From NCBI GenBank assembly GCA_029007825.1, contig JAQXIO010000029.1:144481-208480 (forward strand): a DNA stretch of 64,000 nt, given 5' to 3'. Origin of the DNA: Bacteroidales bacterium. Its GTDB lineage: Bacteria > Bacteroidota > Bacteroidia > Bacteroidales > JAQXIO01. The notes under the pieces are model-generated. The model had not been told where the DNA came from, made no database searches, and saw nothing but the letters and a program-made list of their open reading frames with translations. A program made the position numbers and the translations under genes. Each line of letters begins with the position of its first letter. The stretch's first letter is position 1. Shown here in pieces: positions 29,310 through 39,573 of the stretch.

Positions 29310-30734
29310 TTACGGACGAATTGTAGCTGAAGGTCTGCTTTCGTTTCTTCGGCGGTTGTAAACTGTGAGGTAATAGGTGGCGGTGTCTTTTTTCCCGGCG
29401 GGAATGGTTAGCGTCGTTATGCCTATGCTTTGAGCGATCAACCGGGCTTTTTCCATCTCTTCGCCGACCGGACAGCGATAGAGCAGGTAGATGGGTTCTG
29501 TCAGGCCGGAAGGGTCTTCCCAGCTGAAAGTCAGAGTGCCGTCTGTTTTCTGTACCGTAATGTTCTGCGGGGGGAGTATATCGTCTGAGGTTTGGGCATA
29601 GGGTATCAGTGCCGGATAACGGTAGTACTCTTCTTGCAGGGTTTTGTAAAGTTCCGTATCGGAAAGCAGGTTTTTGCATCGGAAAAATACGTTTCCTTTT
29701 GTGTTGTGGAAACGTCCGTAGTCGATCTGGTCGGTGATATCGTTCAGGCACCATCCCGGTTCGTTGAGACGGTAAATTCCGAGTCCGGGGGCTATGAAGC
29801 CTTTGCCGCATTGGGCAACCCAGTTATCGACAAAGGGGAAAAAGTGTTCGTGCAGGTAATACATCATAGGCACGGCAAAATCACATTTTTCTTCGCGCAG
29901 CCATTTGCCGGCATCCTGATATACGCTTTCGACCCCTGTCCATCCGATGTTCGGGTATTGCGGAAGCCTCTGGTATTTCCCCAATGGGGAAGAGCTTACC
30001 AGTACGTGCGGTTTCAGCCGTTTGACTTCGTCGTAAAGCATATTTTCTATGCGGGTAATATTTTGCCGCCGCCATTCGGCAAGAGGAGCTTTTTTACCGT
30101 ATTTCCGGTAAGTGGCGGCATCGGGAAATCCTTTCGGATTTTCAGGGTAGCGGATGTAGTCGAAATGAATGCCGTCGATATCGTATTTTTGTACTATTTC
30201 TTTTACCAGAGAACGCAGGTAGTCGGCTGTGCCCGGCTCGCCGGGATCGAGGTACCACTCGCCGTTATAGCGTTTGCAGAGTTTGGGTTTGCGTTTTACA
30301 GGGGATTGCTTTCCCATCTGTTTTACCTGCAGGTCATTTCCCACTGGAAATGTCACGAACCATGCGTGGCATTCCATGCCGCGCTTATGGCATTCGTCTA
30401 TTACAAATGTAAGAGGGTCGTAGCCGGGATTTTTACCGTATTGTCCTGTGAGGTAAACGCTCCACGGTTCTATGGCAGAGGGGTAGAAGAGATCGCCCCT
30501 TGTACGTGCCTGGAAGAATACGGTGTTGAAATTTGCTTTTTGCAAACTGTCGAGGATTGCGTGTAGCTCGGCTTTTTGCTGTTCCCTGCCTTTCGCATTG
30601 TTTGCCAGGACTGAAGGCCAGTCGAGACGGTGGTTGGTCGTGAGCCATACGCCGCGCAGTTCGTATTTCGGTTCTGTTCCGGACATGTGTATTCCGAAAA
30701 AGAGAAGGATGGAGAGGAGTATTATGCGTTGCAC
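29310..30734 (-). CDS. Glycosyl hydrolase-like 10 family protein (DUF187/YddW-like) with C-terminal FN3-like domain
   Basis: 'ELRGVWLTT...DWP', 'NTVFFQARTRGD', 'DPL.F.I.ECHKRG.E.HAW', 'YDIDGIHFDY.RYP'; GTG start with signal peptide. Confidence 0.88.
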   Translation of the reverse strand: MQRIILLSILLFFGIHMSGTEPKYELRGVWLTTNHRLDWPSVLANNAKGREQQKAELHAILDSLQKANFNTVFFQARTRGDLFYPSAIEPWSVYLTGQYGKNPGYDPLTFVIDECHKRGMECHAWFVTFPVGNDLQVKQMGKQSPVKRKPKLCKRYNGEWYLDPGEPGTADYLRSLVKEIVQKYDIDGIHFDYIRYPENPKGFPDAATYRKYGKKAPLAEWRRQNITRIENMLYDEVKRLKPHVLVSSSPLGKYQRLPQYPNIGWTGVESVYQDAGKWLREEKCDFAVPMMYYLHEHFFPFVDNWVAQCGKGFIAPGLGIYRLNEPGWCLNDITDQIDYGRFHNTKGNVFFRCKNLLSDTELYKTLQEEYYRYPALIPYAQTSDDILPPQNITVQKTDGTLTFSWEDPSGLTEPIYLLYRCPVGEEMEKARLIAQSIGITTLTIPAGKKDTATYYLTVYNRRRNESRPSATIRP

Positions 30735-30825
30735 CGATTTGTTGCGTTAGGGATTGGTACAAAGATACGTTCTTTTGTCTTTATCTGCAATCTCTTTATC
30801 GTGAAGAAAACGTAGCCTGAGGATA

Positions 30826-32553
30826 TCAGCCTACAAACAGTACCCAGTCTTCGGAATCCGGTTTTTCGGGAATGTTCCATGTGCCGTCATCCTCCGGTCT
30901 GATTTTTCCTATATTGTGGTATTCACCGGTGCGCGGATCGTACCATTTCGCGGTATAGGTTATGCCGGGCTTCATGTTTTTCAGCGTTCCCGTTTTCAGG
31001 TCGTTGTTGTAAAAATAGCACACGTAGAGGTTGTTTTCTATTGAGGCGAGTGCATAATACGACTCTTTCAGGTCACTCCATTCCAGATTTTCGAGGAAGT
31101 TGCGCATGTGTTTTCCTACTTGTTCTGCAGCGGGAAGGTACAGGGCTTTGTTCCATTCCATACGCTTAACCTCTTTGGTGATTTCCTTATCTGTATCACG
31201 GTCGAGGTCGTAACCTCCCGCCATATCGTCCGGATATTTATTTATAATCAACCAGATTCCTGCAGCTCCGTATCCATATCCGTACATGCCGTTGAGGTAG
31301 GCTGTCCATCCCTGCATTCTTGCTCCGAAGGTGTTTGTCCAGAAGTGGTCGTATTGGCCTTCGTAATTGACGGTGGGTTTGATATTCTCACTGTTCCAGA
31401 AATCTTTGGGTACCCGGAAATCGAATTGTTTTGTCTTATCGGGCGACCATTGGCAGGCGTACCAGTTGTGTCCTTCTATGTTTTTAAACGAAGAGTTGGA
31501 TGCAATGGTACCGTGTCCGTCTTTGGGTGCGCTGCCCGATGCATATTCCATATGTGCCGAAAGTGGGTGGTGGTAGGAATCGTATTTGTTCAGGGCAGCT
31601 GCTACGATTTTCCAGGGATTGGTCTGGCTGTCAAAGTTTCTCTGATCGTTTTCACGGTCGAAATAAAAATCGTTGTCGGCTTCCTGCGCACATGTCCACA
31701 TAACCGGATAGGCACCGTAGCGGGCAACCCAGTAACGTGTCAGTTTATCTATGTATTCATCGGGGTATTGCTCTCTTTTATTTCCCAATTCGTTGGTGAA
31801 AAAGAGTTGTGCGTTTGCATGCACCATTCCTTTATCGGCCAGGTATTTGAATTTCCTGTCCAGATTTGCAAAGCCTCCCAGATCGTCGGCTCCGAACTCT
31901 TCGAGTGTGTAGCAGAGGTCTTTTCCGGTATGGTTTTCCCATTGTATGGGTTCCGACTGAAACACGGTAAAGCCTTGGTCTATACGGGTGTTTACGATAT
32001 GCCGGAACTGTGACGTTATGCCCGGAACGCCCGACGTATCGAATGCTTCGTAAGGAAGGCTCCAATGAGTATCGCCCAGATAAAAGAAGGGCGTTCCGTC
32101 GTTGTAAACGAGGTAGCGTTTGTTGCCGCTAATATCCAGGAATCCATGCCGGTAGATGGCGAGGTCTCCTTTGTAGCCGTTAGCGCCTACCGTACCTTTT
32201 ATACCGTTCAGGCTTTTGTCTTCCTTGCATATCGTTTCGTATTTCCATAGGCCTGTCTTCGTAGGAGCAAAACGGACTTTAAAAATGTTCTCTCCGTCCC
32301 AGAAGGCGGGGCGTTCGATGGTGGTACCGTCTTTATGGGTGAAGATGACATTCATATCGCACTGTTCGTCTCCTGTCAGGGGATTTGTGTATTTCTTCGA
32401 GGAGAAGAAGGGCAATTCCGTGCATTGCCAGACCGTAGTGACGGTGTCTGCGGTTCCCGGCGTTACATCGTCGTACATTTTGCCGGATTTGAAATTGCAT
32501 CCTGTGAAGAGTAGGAGGCAAAGCAGGCCGGTATGAATTTTAAAGCGTTTCAT
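30826..32553 (-). CDS. DUF5060/DUF4038 (apiosidase-like) lipoprotein with C-terminal collagen-binding-like domain
   Basis: Lipobox 'LLFTGC'; 'FWDG...FKVRFAPT..G.W.Y.T', 'DGTPFFYLGDTHW', 'ARYGAYPVMW', 'WYDPRTG...DWVL'. Confidence 0.7.
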   Translation of the reverse strand: MKRFKIHTGLLCLLLFTGCNFKSGKMYDDVTPGTADTVTTVWQCTELPFFSSKKYTNPLTGDEQCDMNVIFTHKDGTTIERPAFWDGENIFKVRFAPTKTGLWKYETICKEDKSLNGIKGTVGANGYKGDLAIYRHGFLDISGNKRYLVYNDGTPFFYLGDTHWSLPYEAFDTSGVPGITSQFRHIVNTRIDQGFTVFQSEPIQWENHTGKDLCYTLEEFGADDLGGFANLDRKFKYLADKGMVHANAQLFFTNELGNKREQYPDEYIDKLTRYWVARYGAYPVMWTCAQEADNDFYFDRENDQRNFDSQTNPWKIVAAALNKYDSYHHPLSAHMEYASGSAPKDGHGTIASNSSFKNIEGHNWYACQWSPDKTKQFDFRVPKDFWNSENIKPTVNYEGQYDHFWTNTFGARMQGWTAYLNGMYGYGYGAAGIWLIINKYPDDMAGGYDLDRDTDKEITKEVKRMEWNKALYLPAAEQVGKHMRNFLENLEWSDLKESYYALASIENNLYVCYFYNNDLKTGTLKNMKPGITYTAKWYDPRTGEYHNIGKIRPEDDGTWNIPEKPDSEDWVLFVG

Positions 32554-32584
32554 CCTGTTTTTTGTTGGTCAGACTTTGCGTTGC

Positions 32585-34393
32585 TTATTTATACTCTTCT
32601 TCGAGTTCTTTATACCATTCCTGCATGATGTAGAAGGCTTTTTTCTTCTGTCCGTAATCGGAGATAACGCCTTTCCGGTTGAACCCGTCCTGAATACCGG
32701 TAAGCGGACGTTTCGGCGAACGGAAATCCATCAATATCCACGGCGTCGTTCCTGCGAGTCCTTTTATCCTTTTCAGCATCCGGATGTTTGCCTTATAGAC
32801 TTCTTCCTGAAACTCTTCCGTCCAGCGTTCCGATTTGTCTCCGTGCATGCCAGCCAGTGCTCCGCCTCCCCATTCGGTAATTACTACCGGTTTGTCGGAC
32901 GGGAATTCCCAGTTTACGCGATCGCATTTTTCGGGTAGTCCGTCGTACCATCCTACATACTGGTTGAAGCTGAGGAGATCGAGGTATTGACCGAGCGGAT
33001 CGTGTACGGTGAGTATGCCCGGACGAATCTCTTCTTTTTCCATCGCTGCGCCGACAAGACGGGTATTGTCGAGCTGACGTGTGCGTTCGACAAGGCTTTT
33101 GAGGAATTCCAGACGCGGTGCGCTGACCGGGGTTTCATTGGCTACCGACCAGATGATGATGTTGCAGCGGTTTTTATCGCGTGTGATATTTTCTTCCAGT
33201 TGGTTCTTCGCGTTGGCGAGAACATCGGGGTTTGTCCAGTCTATCGTCCAGTAAACGGGTATTTCAGACCACACCATCAGTCCCATGCGTTCGGCTTCCT
33301 TTATCATTTGCTCGTTGTGGGGGTAGTGTGCCAGACGTACGAAATTACAGCCCATCTCTTTCGCCCACCCGAGAAGCGTGCGGGCATCGTCTTTTCCGTA
33401 GGCTCTTCCTCCCTTGCGGAGAGGGGCTTCTTCATGGATGGATATTCCCCGGCAGAATACGGGTTTTCCGTTCAACAGTATTTTGCTGCCGCTTGTTTCG
33501 ATGGTACGGAAGCCGATTTCGTCGTTCAGGGTTTCTCCTGCTCCGGACAGCGTTACTTTATAGAGTTTCGGGTTTTCCGGCGTCCAGAGCTGAGGTTTTG
33601 CTTTTATTGTGAACTTTGCATATCCTTTGCTGTCGGGGGTGAGTTTTATGCTTTTTTTCAGTTCGGGGATTTCCACGGTAATTTCGCTCTGAGGTTTATC
33701 TCCGTCCAGCTGCACCCATCCGCTTATTTCACCGGCGTTGCCTTTTGTCAACTGGATAAAATAGTCGCGGATGAATGTGGAAGGGGTTTCGATCAGGGTC
33801 ACGGGGCGAGTTATTCCCCCGTAGTTCCACCAGTCGAAGTTATCGGTCGGCACCGCTTCTTTCTGCCGTTTGTTATCTACCATGACGACAAGGGAGTTTT
33901 CCCCGTCTTTTACCAGTGAGGTAATTTCAAAGTTGAATGGGGTATATCCTCCTATGTGTTGTCCGAGTTTTTTACCGTTCAGATAGACGATGGACTGGTA
34001 GTTGATCGCTCCGAAATGCAGGAAAAGGCGTTTGCCGGATGTCGGTTTGTGGTCGAATTTCGTGCGGTACCATATACAGCCTTCGTAATAGAGGAGTTCG
34101 GGTGCCTGGCTGTTCCAGTCGCGCGGTACGTAGAGGGTAGGCGATGTATCGAAATTGTATTCTATCAGCTTGGGATTTTCCTGTTTTTCATCCAGAAAGA
34201 ATCCGAACTCCGTAGGTTTGCGCCGGTAGTCGTAATAGCCTGTTTCGAGCTGGTCGATTATGTAGTGCCAGTTTCCGTTTAACGGGGTGGTTCGACGGTT
34301 GTCGATGTTGGTTATCTGGGGGTATATTCCCTCGGCAAGGAGCGATGTCGCAGTGCCTAAAAGTGCAAGCAACAAGAGTTTCATTTTTTTCAT
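32585..34393 (-). CDS. GH2 beta-glucuronidase
   Basis: 'WSVANET' acid/base, 'VITEWGG' nucleophile region, 'RLAHYPH', and the glucuronidase NxKG motif 'FNRKG'; start at ATG 34393 gives a signal peptide. Confidence 0.85.
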   Translation of the reverse strand: MKKMKLLLLALLGTATSLLAEGIYPQITNIDNRRTTPLNGNWHYIIDQLETGYYDYRRKPTEFGFFLDEKQENPKLIEYNFDTSPTLYVPRDWNSQAPELLYYEGCIWYRTKFDHKPTSGKRLFLHFGAINYQSIVYLNGKKLGQHIGGYTPFNFEITSLVKDGENSLVVMVDNKRQKEAVPTDNFDWWNYGGITRPVTLIETPSTFIRDYFIQLTKGNAGEISGWVQLDGDKPQSEITVEIPELKKSIKLTPDSKGYAKFTIKAKPQLWTPENPKLYKVTLSGAGETLNDEIGFRTIETSGSKILLNGKPVFCRGISIHEEAPLRKGGRAYGKDDARTLLGWAKEMGCNFVRLAHYPHNEQMIKEAERMGLMVWSEIPVYWTIDWTNPDVLANAKNQLEENITRDKNRCNIIIWSVANETPVSAPRLEFLKSLVERTRQLDNTRLVGAAMEKEEIRPGILTVHDPLGQYLDLLSFNQYVGWYDGLPEKCDRVNWEFPSDKPVVITEWGGGALAGMHGDKSERWTEEFQEEVYKANIRMLKRIKGLAGTTPWILMDFRSPKRPLTGIQDGFNRKGVISDYGQKKKAFYIMQEWYKELEEEYK

Positions 34394-34594
34394 GATATCT
34401 GGTTCTTTTAGTTTGTTCACAGTATTTTCCGACCGGTTTCCGTCGGTTTATTTACATGGCTTTAAAGTTAATATAAAATGTGCAAACGGTTTTAGTGCAT
34501 GCTGTTTTTTCTGTTCTTGTGTTGATAAAAAAAGATGTATTACCGATAAAGGGCAGCTGCAAATTTAGTACATTTGTAAAGATAGAGGAGAAGA

Positions 34595-36541
34595 GTGATG
34601 ATCGATCAGGCTACTATACAGAGGATATTGGATGCCGCCCAGATTACGGAGGTGGTTTCCGATTTTGTGACATTGCGTAAACGGGGGGCGAATTATGTGG
34701 GGCTGTGCCCTTTCCATTCGGACAAGACCCCGTCGTTTTATGTGTCGCCTTCCAAGAATATCTGCAAGTGTTTTGCCTGCGGGGAGGGAGGTACGGCTGT
34801 CCATTTTATAATGAAGCACGAGCAACTCAGCTATCACGAGGCGCTGAAATACCTTGCTAAAAAATACGGTATCGAAGTGCAGGAGCGTGAGGTGAGCGAT
34901 GCGGAGCGCCAGTTGGCGAACGAACGTGACAGTATGTTTATCGTCAATGCTTTCGCCCAGGATTTTTTCAGTCGTATGTTACATGAACATCAGGAGGGGC
35001 GTTCGGTAGGATTGCCTTATTTCCGTGAACGCGGCATACGCGAAGATATTATAAAGAAATTCCAACTGGGCTATAGTCCGGAGCAGCGCGATGCACTGGT
35101 TTCAGCCGCTGTGGCGAAGGGATTTAAAGCCGAGTATCTGGAGCGTACCGGGCTGATTATACGGGGTGAAAATAATTATGTTGCCGATCGTTTTCGTGGA
35201 AGGGTTATTTTTCCGGTGCATACTCTTTCAGGAAAGGTCGTCGCTTTCGGCGGTCGTATCCTGAAAAAGGAGGAGAAGCTGGCAAAGTATATCAATTCGC
35301 CCGAAAGCGAGATTTATCATAAGAGCAACGAGCTGTATGGCATTTATTTTGCCAAACAGGCTATGGTAAAGGAGGATAAGTGCTTTCTCGTGGAGGGTTA
35401 TACGGATGTGATTTCCATGCATCAGGCCGGAATCGAGCATGTGATTGCTTCTTCGGGAACGGCCCTTACGATGGGACAGATACGCCTTATCCACCGTTTT
35501 ACATCCAATATAACCGTTTTGTATGATGGCGACGCTGCCGGTATCAAAGCGGCTTTGCGGGGTATCGACCTGTTACTGGAAGAGGGAATGAACGTAAAAG
35601 TGGTGCTGTTGCCTGACGGGGAGGATCCCGATTCATTTTCACGTTCACAGAGTGCTTCGTCTTTCCGGCAGTTTCTTGCCGACCATGAAGAGGATTTTAT
35701 CCGGTTTAAAACGCGTTTGTTACTGGAGGATGTGCAGGGCGACCCGATTCGCCGGAGTGCCCTTATTTCGGATGTTGTACAGAGTATTTCGGTTATTCCC
35801 GACGCAATTGCACGTTCGGTTTATGTGCAGGAGTGCAGCCGGATGCTTGAGATAGACGAGCGTGTCGTGTTGACCGAAGTGAATAAACGCGGGGGAAAAG
35901 CTTTGCAGCAACCGGTAGCGAGAGCGACCGTGGAGAGTGTTGCATCCCAGCCGGCTCCCGATGTTGCGGTGGTGCGTAACCGGCAGAAAGAGAAATTGGA
36001 GCTGGATATTCTTCGTTTTTTAGTTCGTTACGGTAAAACGGAGTTGAGCCGTTATACCGATGAAGAGACGAATGAGGAGTGTTGTATTTCGGTGGGCGAA
36101 TTTATCCTTTCTGACCTGGAGGCCGATCATCTTGTTTTTTCGCAGCCGTTGTATCAGACGATTGCCGATGAGCTGAAGAAGCATTTGTCCGAGCCGGATT
36201 TCGTGGCGAGCCGTTTTTTTCTCGCACATCCGGATGAGATGGTGAGCCGTCTGGCTGCCCAGTTGGTGAGTGAAAAGTATCAGTTGAGTAAGATTCATAC
36301 GAAATACCAGAATGTGGAGAAGGAGGAGGACCGGTTGATCGAGTTGGTTCCCCGGGTGCTTATGGCCTATAAAGATTATATTTTGCAGGAGGATATCCGG
36401 GCGGCGCAAAAACATCTGAAGGATTTATCGCCTGATTCGGCTGATGAAATGATGGAGACAATGGCACGGTTGCAGGAGCTTGTCGAGCGAAGAAAGTTGT
36501 TTTCGCAGCGGTTGGGCGAGCGTATCGTTTTAAAATTTTAG
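34595..36541 (+). CDS. dnaG: DNA primase
   Basis: CHC2 zinc finger 'CPFHSDKTPSF...CFAC', 'FRGRVIFP', 'KYINSPES', TOPRIM 'VEGYTDV' and 'YDGDAAG'. Confidence 0.98.
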   Translation: MMIDQATIQRILDAAQITEVVSDFVTLRKRGANYVGLCPFHSDKTPSFYVSPSKNICKCFACGEGGTAVHFIMKHEQLSYHEALKYLAKKYGIEVQEREVSDAERQLANERDSMFIVNAFAQDFFSRMLHEHQEGRSVGLPYFRERGIREDIIKKFQLGYSPEQRDALVSAAVAKGFKAEYLERTGLIIRGENNYVADRFRGRVIFPVHTLSGKVVAFGGRILKKEEKLAKYINSPESEIYHKSNELYGIYFAKQAMVKEDKCFLVEGYTDVISMHQAGIEHVIASSGTALTMGQIRLIHRFTSNITVLYDGDAAGIKAALRGIDLLLEEGMNVKVVLLPDGEDPDSFSRSQSASSFRQFLADHEEDFIRFKTRLLLEDVQGDPIRRSALISDVVQSISVIPDAIARSVYVQECSRMLEIDERVVLTEVNKRGGKALQQPVARATVESVASQPAPDVAVVRNRQKEKLELDILRFLVRYGKTELSRYTDEETNEECCISVGEFILSDLEADHLVFSQPLYQTIADELKKHLSEPDFVASRFFLAHPDEMVSRLAAQLVSEKYQLSKIHTKYQNVEKEEDRLIELVPRVLMAYKDYILQEDIRAAQKHLKDLSPDSADEMMETMARLQELVERRKLFSQRLGERIVLKF

Positions 36542-36545
36542 AGAT

Positions 36546-37016
36546 ATGGGACAGGAGACGGAACGTAAATTTTTGGTTGCCGGGGATTTCCGTCCTTTCG
36601 TTTCGGTTTCCCGGAGAATCGTGCAGGGTTACCTGTGCAGGGAGAAGGGTAGGACGGTGCGTGTCAGAATCAGAGACAGAAAGGGCTTTCTTACCATTAA
36701 AGGCCCCGGTTCCCTTTCGGGAATGACGCGCAGCGAATGGGAGTATGAAATACCGCTTGCCGATGCCGAAGGATTGATGGCTTTGTGTGAAGAGGGGATG
36801 ATCGAGAAAATCCGTTATGAGGTGCCTTATGGTGGTTTTGTCTTTGAAGTGGATGAGTTTTCGGGCGATAACGAGGGCTTGATTCTGGCTGAGATCGAAT
36901 TGCCTTCGGAGGATGCTCTTTTCAGCAGGCCGTCATGGTTGGGAACGGAAGTGACGGGGGATGTCCGTTATTATAACAGTTCTTTGACAAAGAATCCTTA
37001 TAAGCGGTGGAAATGA
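36546..37016 (+). CDS. CYTH domain protein
   Basis: 'ETERKFLV', 'TVRVR', 'EWEY', 'IEKIRY', 'EVDEF', 'AEIEL'. Confidence 0.9.
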   Translation: MGQETERKFLVAGDFRPFVSVSRRIVQGYLCREKGRTVRVRIRDRKGFLTIKGPGSLSGMTRSEWEYEIPLADAEGLMALCEEGMIEKIRYEVPYGGFVFEVDEFSGDNEGLILAEIELPSEDALFSRPSWLGTEVTGDVRYYNSSLTKNPYKRWK

Positions 37017-37028
37017 GAAAGGGTTGCG

Positions 37029-37487
37029 ATGGGTATCCGGATTGAAAATATAGTTCCTGCAGATTTTAATGAGTTGATTGCTCTTATCCGTGAATTTGCT
37101 TCTTTCGAACGATTGCCTGAAAAGATGACGAATTCGGTTAAGAAGATGTACGAAGATCGTGATTTTTTTCACGGATTTGCGGCAAAAGATCAGGATAACC
37201 GGATTGTGGGTTATGTTACGTTCTTTTTCGCTTATTATACCTGGACGGGAAAGTCGCTGTATATGGACGATTTGTATGTGAGGCCGGAGTATAGGGGAAA
37301 AGGTATCGGTTCGGAGCTGATCGGTTCGGTAATCCGTTTCGCTCAGAAAGAGAAATGCCGGTTGCTGCGGTGGCAGGTGGCCGACTGGAATGTGCCGGCG
37401 ATCGTTTTTTATAAAAAATTAGGTGCGGAAATCAACCGGGTAGATATGAATTGCGATTTATCTTTATCTTTGCCGTGGGAGGGGTGA
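37029..37487 (+). CDS. GNAT N-acetyltransferase (SSAT-like)
   Basis: 'YYTWTGKSLYMDDLYVRPEYRGKGIG', 'WNVPAIVFYKKLG'. Confidence 0.9.
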   Translation: MGIRIENIVPADFNELIALIREFASFERLPEKMTNSVKKMYEDRDFFHGFAAKDQDNRIVGYVTFFFAYYTWTGKSLYMDDLYVRPEYRGKGIGSELIGSVIRFAQKEKCRLLRWQVADWNVPAIVFYKKLGAEINRVDMNCDLSLSLPWEG

Positions 37488-37570
37488 AAAGATATAATTC
37501 AGACAATTCTTTTGAGTGGAGATAATTTGCAGTATTGCAGATATATTTTTAGTTGTTTTTAGAGAATCTG

Positions 37571-38200
37571 TTATTCTTTTATGTTATTCAGTTTGCTTAT
37601 AAATTTCTTTTCAAAATAATCGAAAGTAAGACTGAAAAGTCCTCCCGTAATATAGGCTTTGCCTTCTGGTCCGCTAACGTTTACATTTAAATTTTTTGTG
37701 CAATCAAAAATCAATTCACCCGAATTCAAATCGTATAATCTGAATTTAGAGAAACCAATACTATTAAATGGCCCTATATTTCTTACAAAAAATCCAATAG
37801 GGATTAAAACTAAGTCTGGATTATTAAATATGTTTCTCAAATATTCAATTTCGGACTGAGTAATGATTGTATTTAAATTCGGGAATGTTTTCAATTCTTT
37901 AGCCTTATATCTTTTATCGGATATTTTTGTTAATATTTCAACTATAAATATGTCCGTATCTATGATCTCCCTTATCGATGGAATATCGTATATTGAAATG
38001 TTAGTTGTGTCTTTTTGAAATATTTTGGCCGATAAAGTATCGTTCATACGATCGTCCCAATTATTATAAATAGGGAGAACCAGTAGAGAAAAATTACTCT
38101 TATTAATTTTATAATTCGAGTTATAGTAATCTTTGCTAAATGTTGATAGTGTTATAATAAACAATCCCCACAATAGCAATAAGGCTTTTTTATTTTTCAT
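37571..38200 (-). CDS. Hypothetical secreted protein in a low-GC islet
   Basis: 209-aa ORF with signal-peptide-like N-terminus; DNA is markedly AT-rich (one 60-nt line counted at 25% GC). Confidence 0.65.
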   Translation of the reverse strand: MKNKKALLLLWGLFIITLSTFSKDYYNSNYKINKSNFSLLVLPIYNNWDDRMNDTLSAKIFQKDTTNISIYDIPSIREIIDTDIFIVEILTKISDKRYKAKELKTFPNLNTIITQSEIEYLRNIFNNPDLVLIPIGFFVRNIGPFNSIGFSKFRLYDLNSGELIFDCTKNLNVNVSGPEGKAYITGGLFSLTFDYFEKKFISKLNNIKE

Positions 38201-38419
38201 GCATTTATTTTAAACAATACAAATATATAAAAACACAAAGATTCGAATATATAATTCGATATATAAAATTAGGAGTGGAATATATATTAAAATATCAAAC
38301 TCTTATTATGACGAAACGTAAAAAGATTGTTAGTTTTGTATTTCCTAATAAAGAAAAAGGTGTTTTATTAAAAGGTTATAAAAGAGAAAATCCTCACATT
38401 TTGTAAGGATTTTAATTAG

Positions 38420-38493
38420 TGGAGCATAGCGGACTCGAACCGCTCACCTCGACACTGCCAGTGTCGCGCTCTAGCCAGATGAGCTAATGCCCC
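38420..38493 (-). tRNA. tRNA-Ala (GGC)
   Basis: Reverse complement GGGGCATTAGCTCATCTGGCTAGAGCGCGACACTGGCAGTGTCGAGGTGAGCGGTTCGAGTCCGCTATGCTCCA folds as a cloverleaf, anticodon GGC; TATCTTTG promoter at 38511-38518 (- strand). Confidence 0.97.
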
Positions 38494-38564
38494 TCGGTTT
38501 GATTTGTGCACAAAGATAGAAAAATATTTTTAATGCTTGATTTATCAACGAAAAATAAAATAGG

Positions 38565-38882
38565 ATGATTGTTTTTAATACTACGTATCATATAGAAAAG
38601 GAGATAGAGGAAGAGGTGCTCCGTTATATTACGGGGGTATATATTCCTGCGGTGATCGATTCGGGCAGGCTTTCGGAACCGCGCCTTTGCCGTATTCTCG
38701 GGGCGAGTGACGAGGATGAGGGCGGCGAGAGTTATTCGCTACAGTTCGAGGCGGGAAGTATCGATGAACTGGAAGAGTGGTATGCAGAACAGGGTTTGGC
38801 GCTGCACAAGGCGTTGATTTCCCATTTCGGCGACAGGGTGGCTGCTTTCGCTACTTTATTGCAACCGGTTATTTTAGAATAG
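38565..38882 (+). CDS. DUF4286 family protein
   Basis: '[10 protein letters not shown]...YIP...SYSLQF...FG..V..F.TLL' pattern, 105 aa, directly upstream of ruvC. Confidence 0.75.
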   Translation: MIVFNTTYHIEKEIEEEVLRYITGVYIPAVIDSGRLSEPRLCRILGASDEDEGGESYSLQFEAGSIDELEEWYAEQGLALHKALISHFGDRVAAFATLLQPVILE

Positions 38883-38889
38883 AATCAGA

Positions 38890-39447
38890 TTGGATAAGGA
38901 ACGGATTATATTAGGTATAGACCCGGGTACAACGGTGATGGGGTACGGGGTATTGAGAGTGATCAATAATAAGCCTGTCCTCGAATCGATGGGTGTATTG
39001 ATTTTGGGAAAGTACGGGGATCATTATGTAAAACTTCGCCGTATTTTCGAGAAGGTAATCGGGTTGATCGACAATTATCATCCCGACGAACTGGCGATCG
39101 AGGCACCTTTCTTCGGAAAGAACGTGCAGAGTATGCTTAAATTGGGCCGTGCGCAGGGCGTCGCCATGTCGGCTGCGCTGGCGCGCGATATTCCTATAAT
39201 GGAGTATGCTCCCTTGAAAATCAAGATGTCCATTACCGGAAACGGTAAGGCTTCAAAGGAGCAGGTGGCGGGGATGTTGCAACGTATTTTACATATTCCG
39301 GACGAGGATATGCTGCCACAATTGGACGCTACCGACGGGTTGGCTGCCGCACTTTGTCATTTTTATCAGAGCAACAATCCGCTTGTGGAGAAAAAATATA
39401 CCAGCTGGAAAGATTTTATCAACCAGCATCCTTCGAGGGTGAAATAG
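38890..39447 (+). CDS. ruvC: Crossover junction endodeoxyribonuclease RuvC
   Basis: 'ILGIDPGT', '[10 protein letters not shown]', 'LKLGRAQG', '[10 protein letters not shown]', '[12 protein letters not shown]'. Confidence 0.97.
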   Translation: MDKERIILGIDPGTTVMGYGVLRVINNKPVLESMGVLILGKYGDHYVKLRRIFEKVIGLIDNYHPDELAIEAPFFGKNVQSMLKLGRAQGVAMSAALARDIPIMEYAPLKIKMSITGNGKASKEQVAGMLQRILHIPDEDMLPQLDATDGLAAALCHFYQSNNPLVEKKYTSWKDFINQHPSRVK

Positions 39448-39573
39448 TGAGGTTTCGGGTAGGCCGGGTGCCTGTCCGTGTTCTTCGCGGGATAAAGGTG
39501 TTCTTTGAACAATGAAGGCTTGAAAGTAGTTTGAGTATATAATAACGGTACCTTTCGGAGGTACGAAAAAAGA

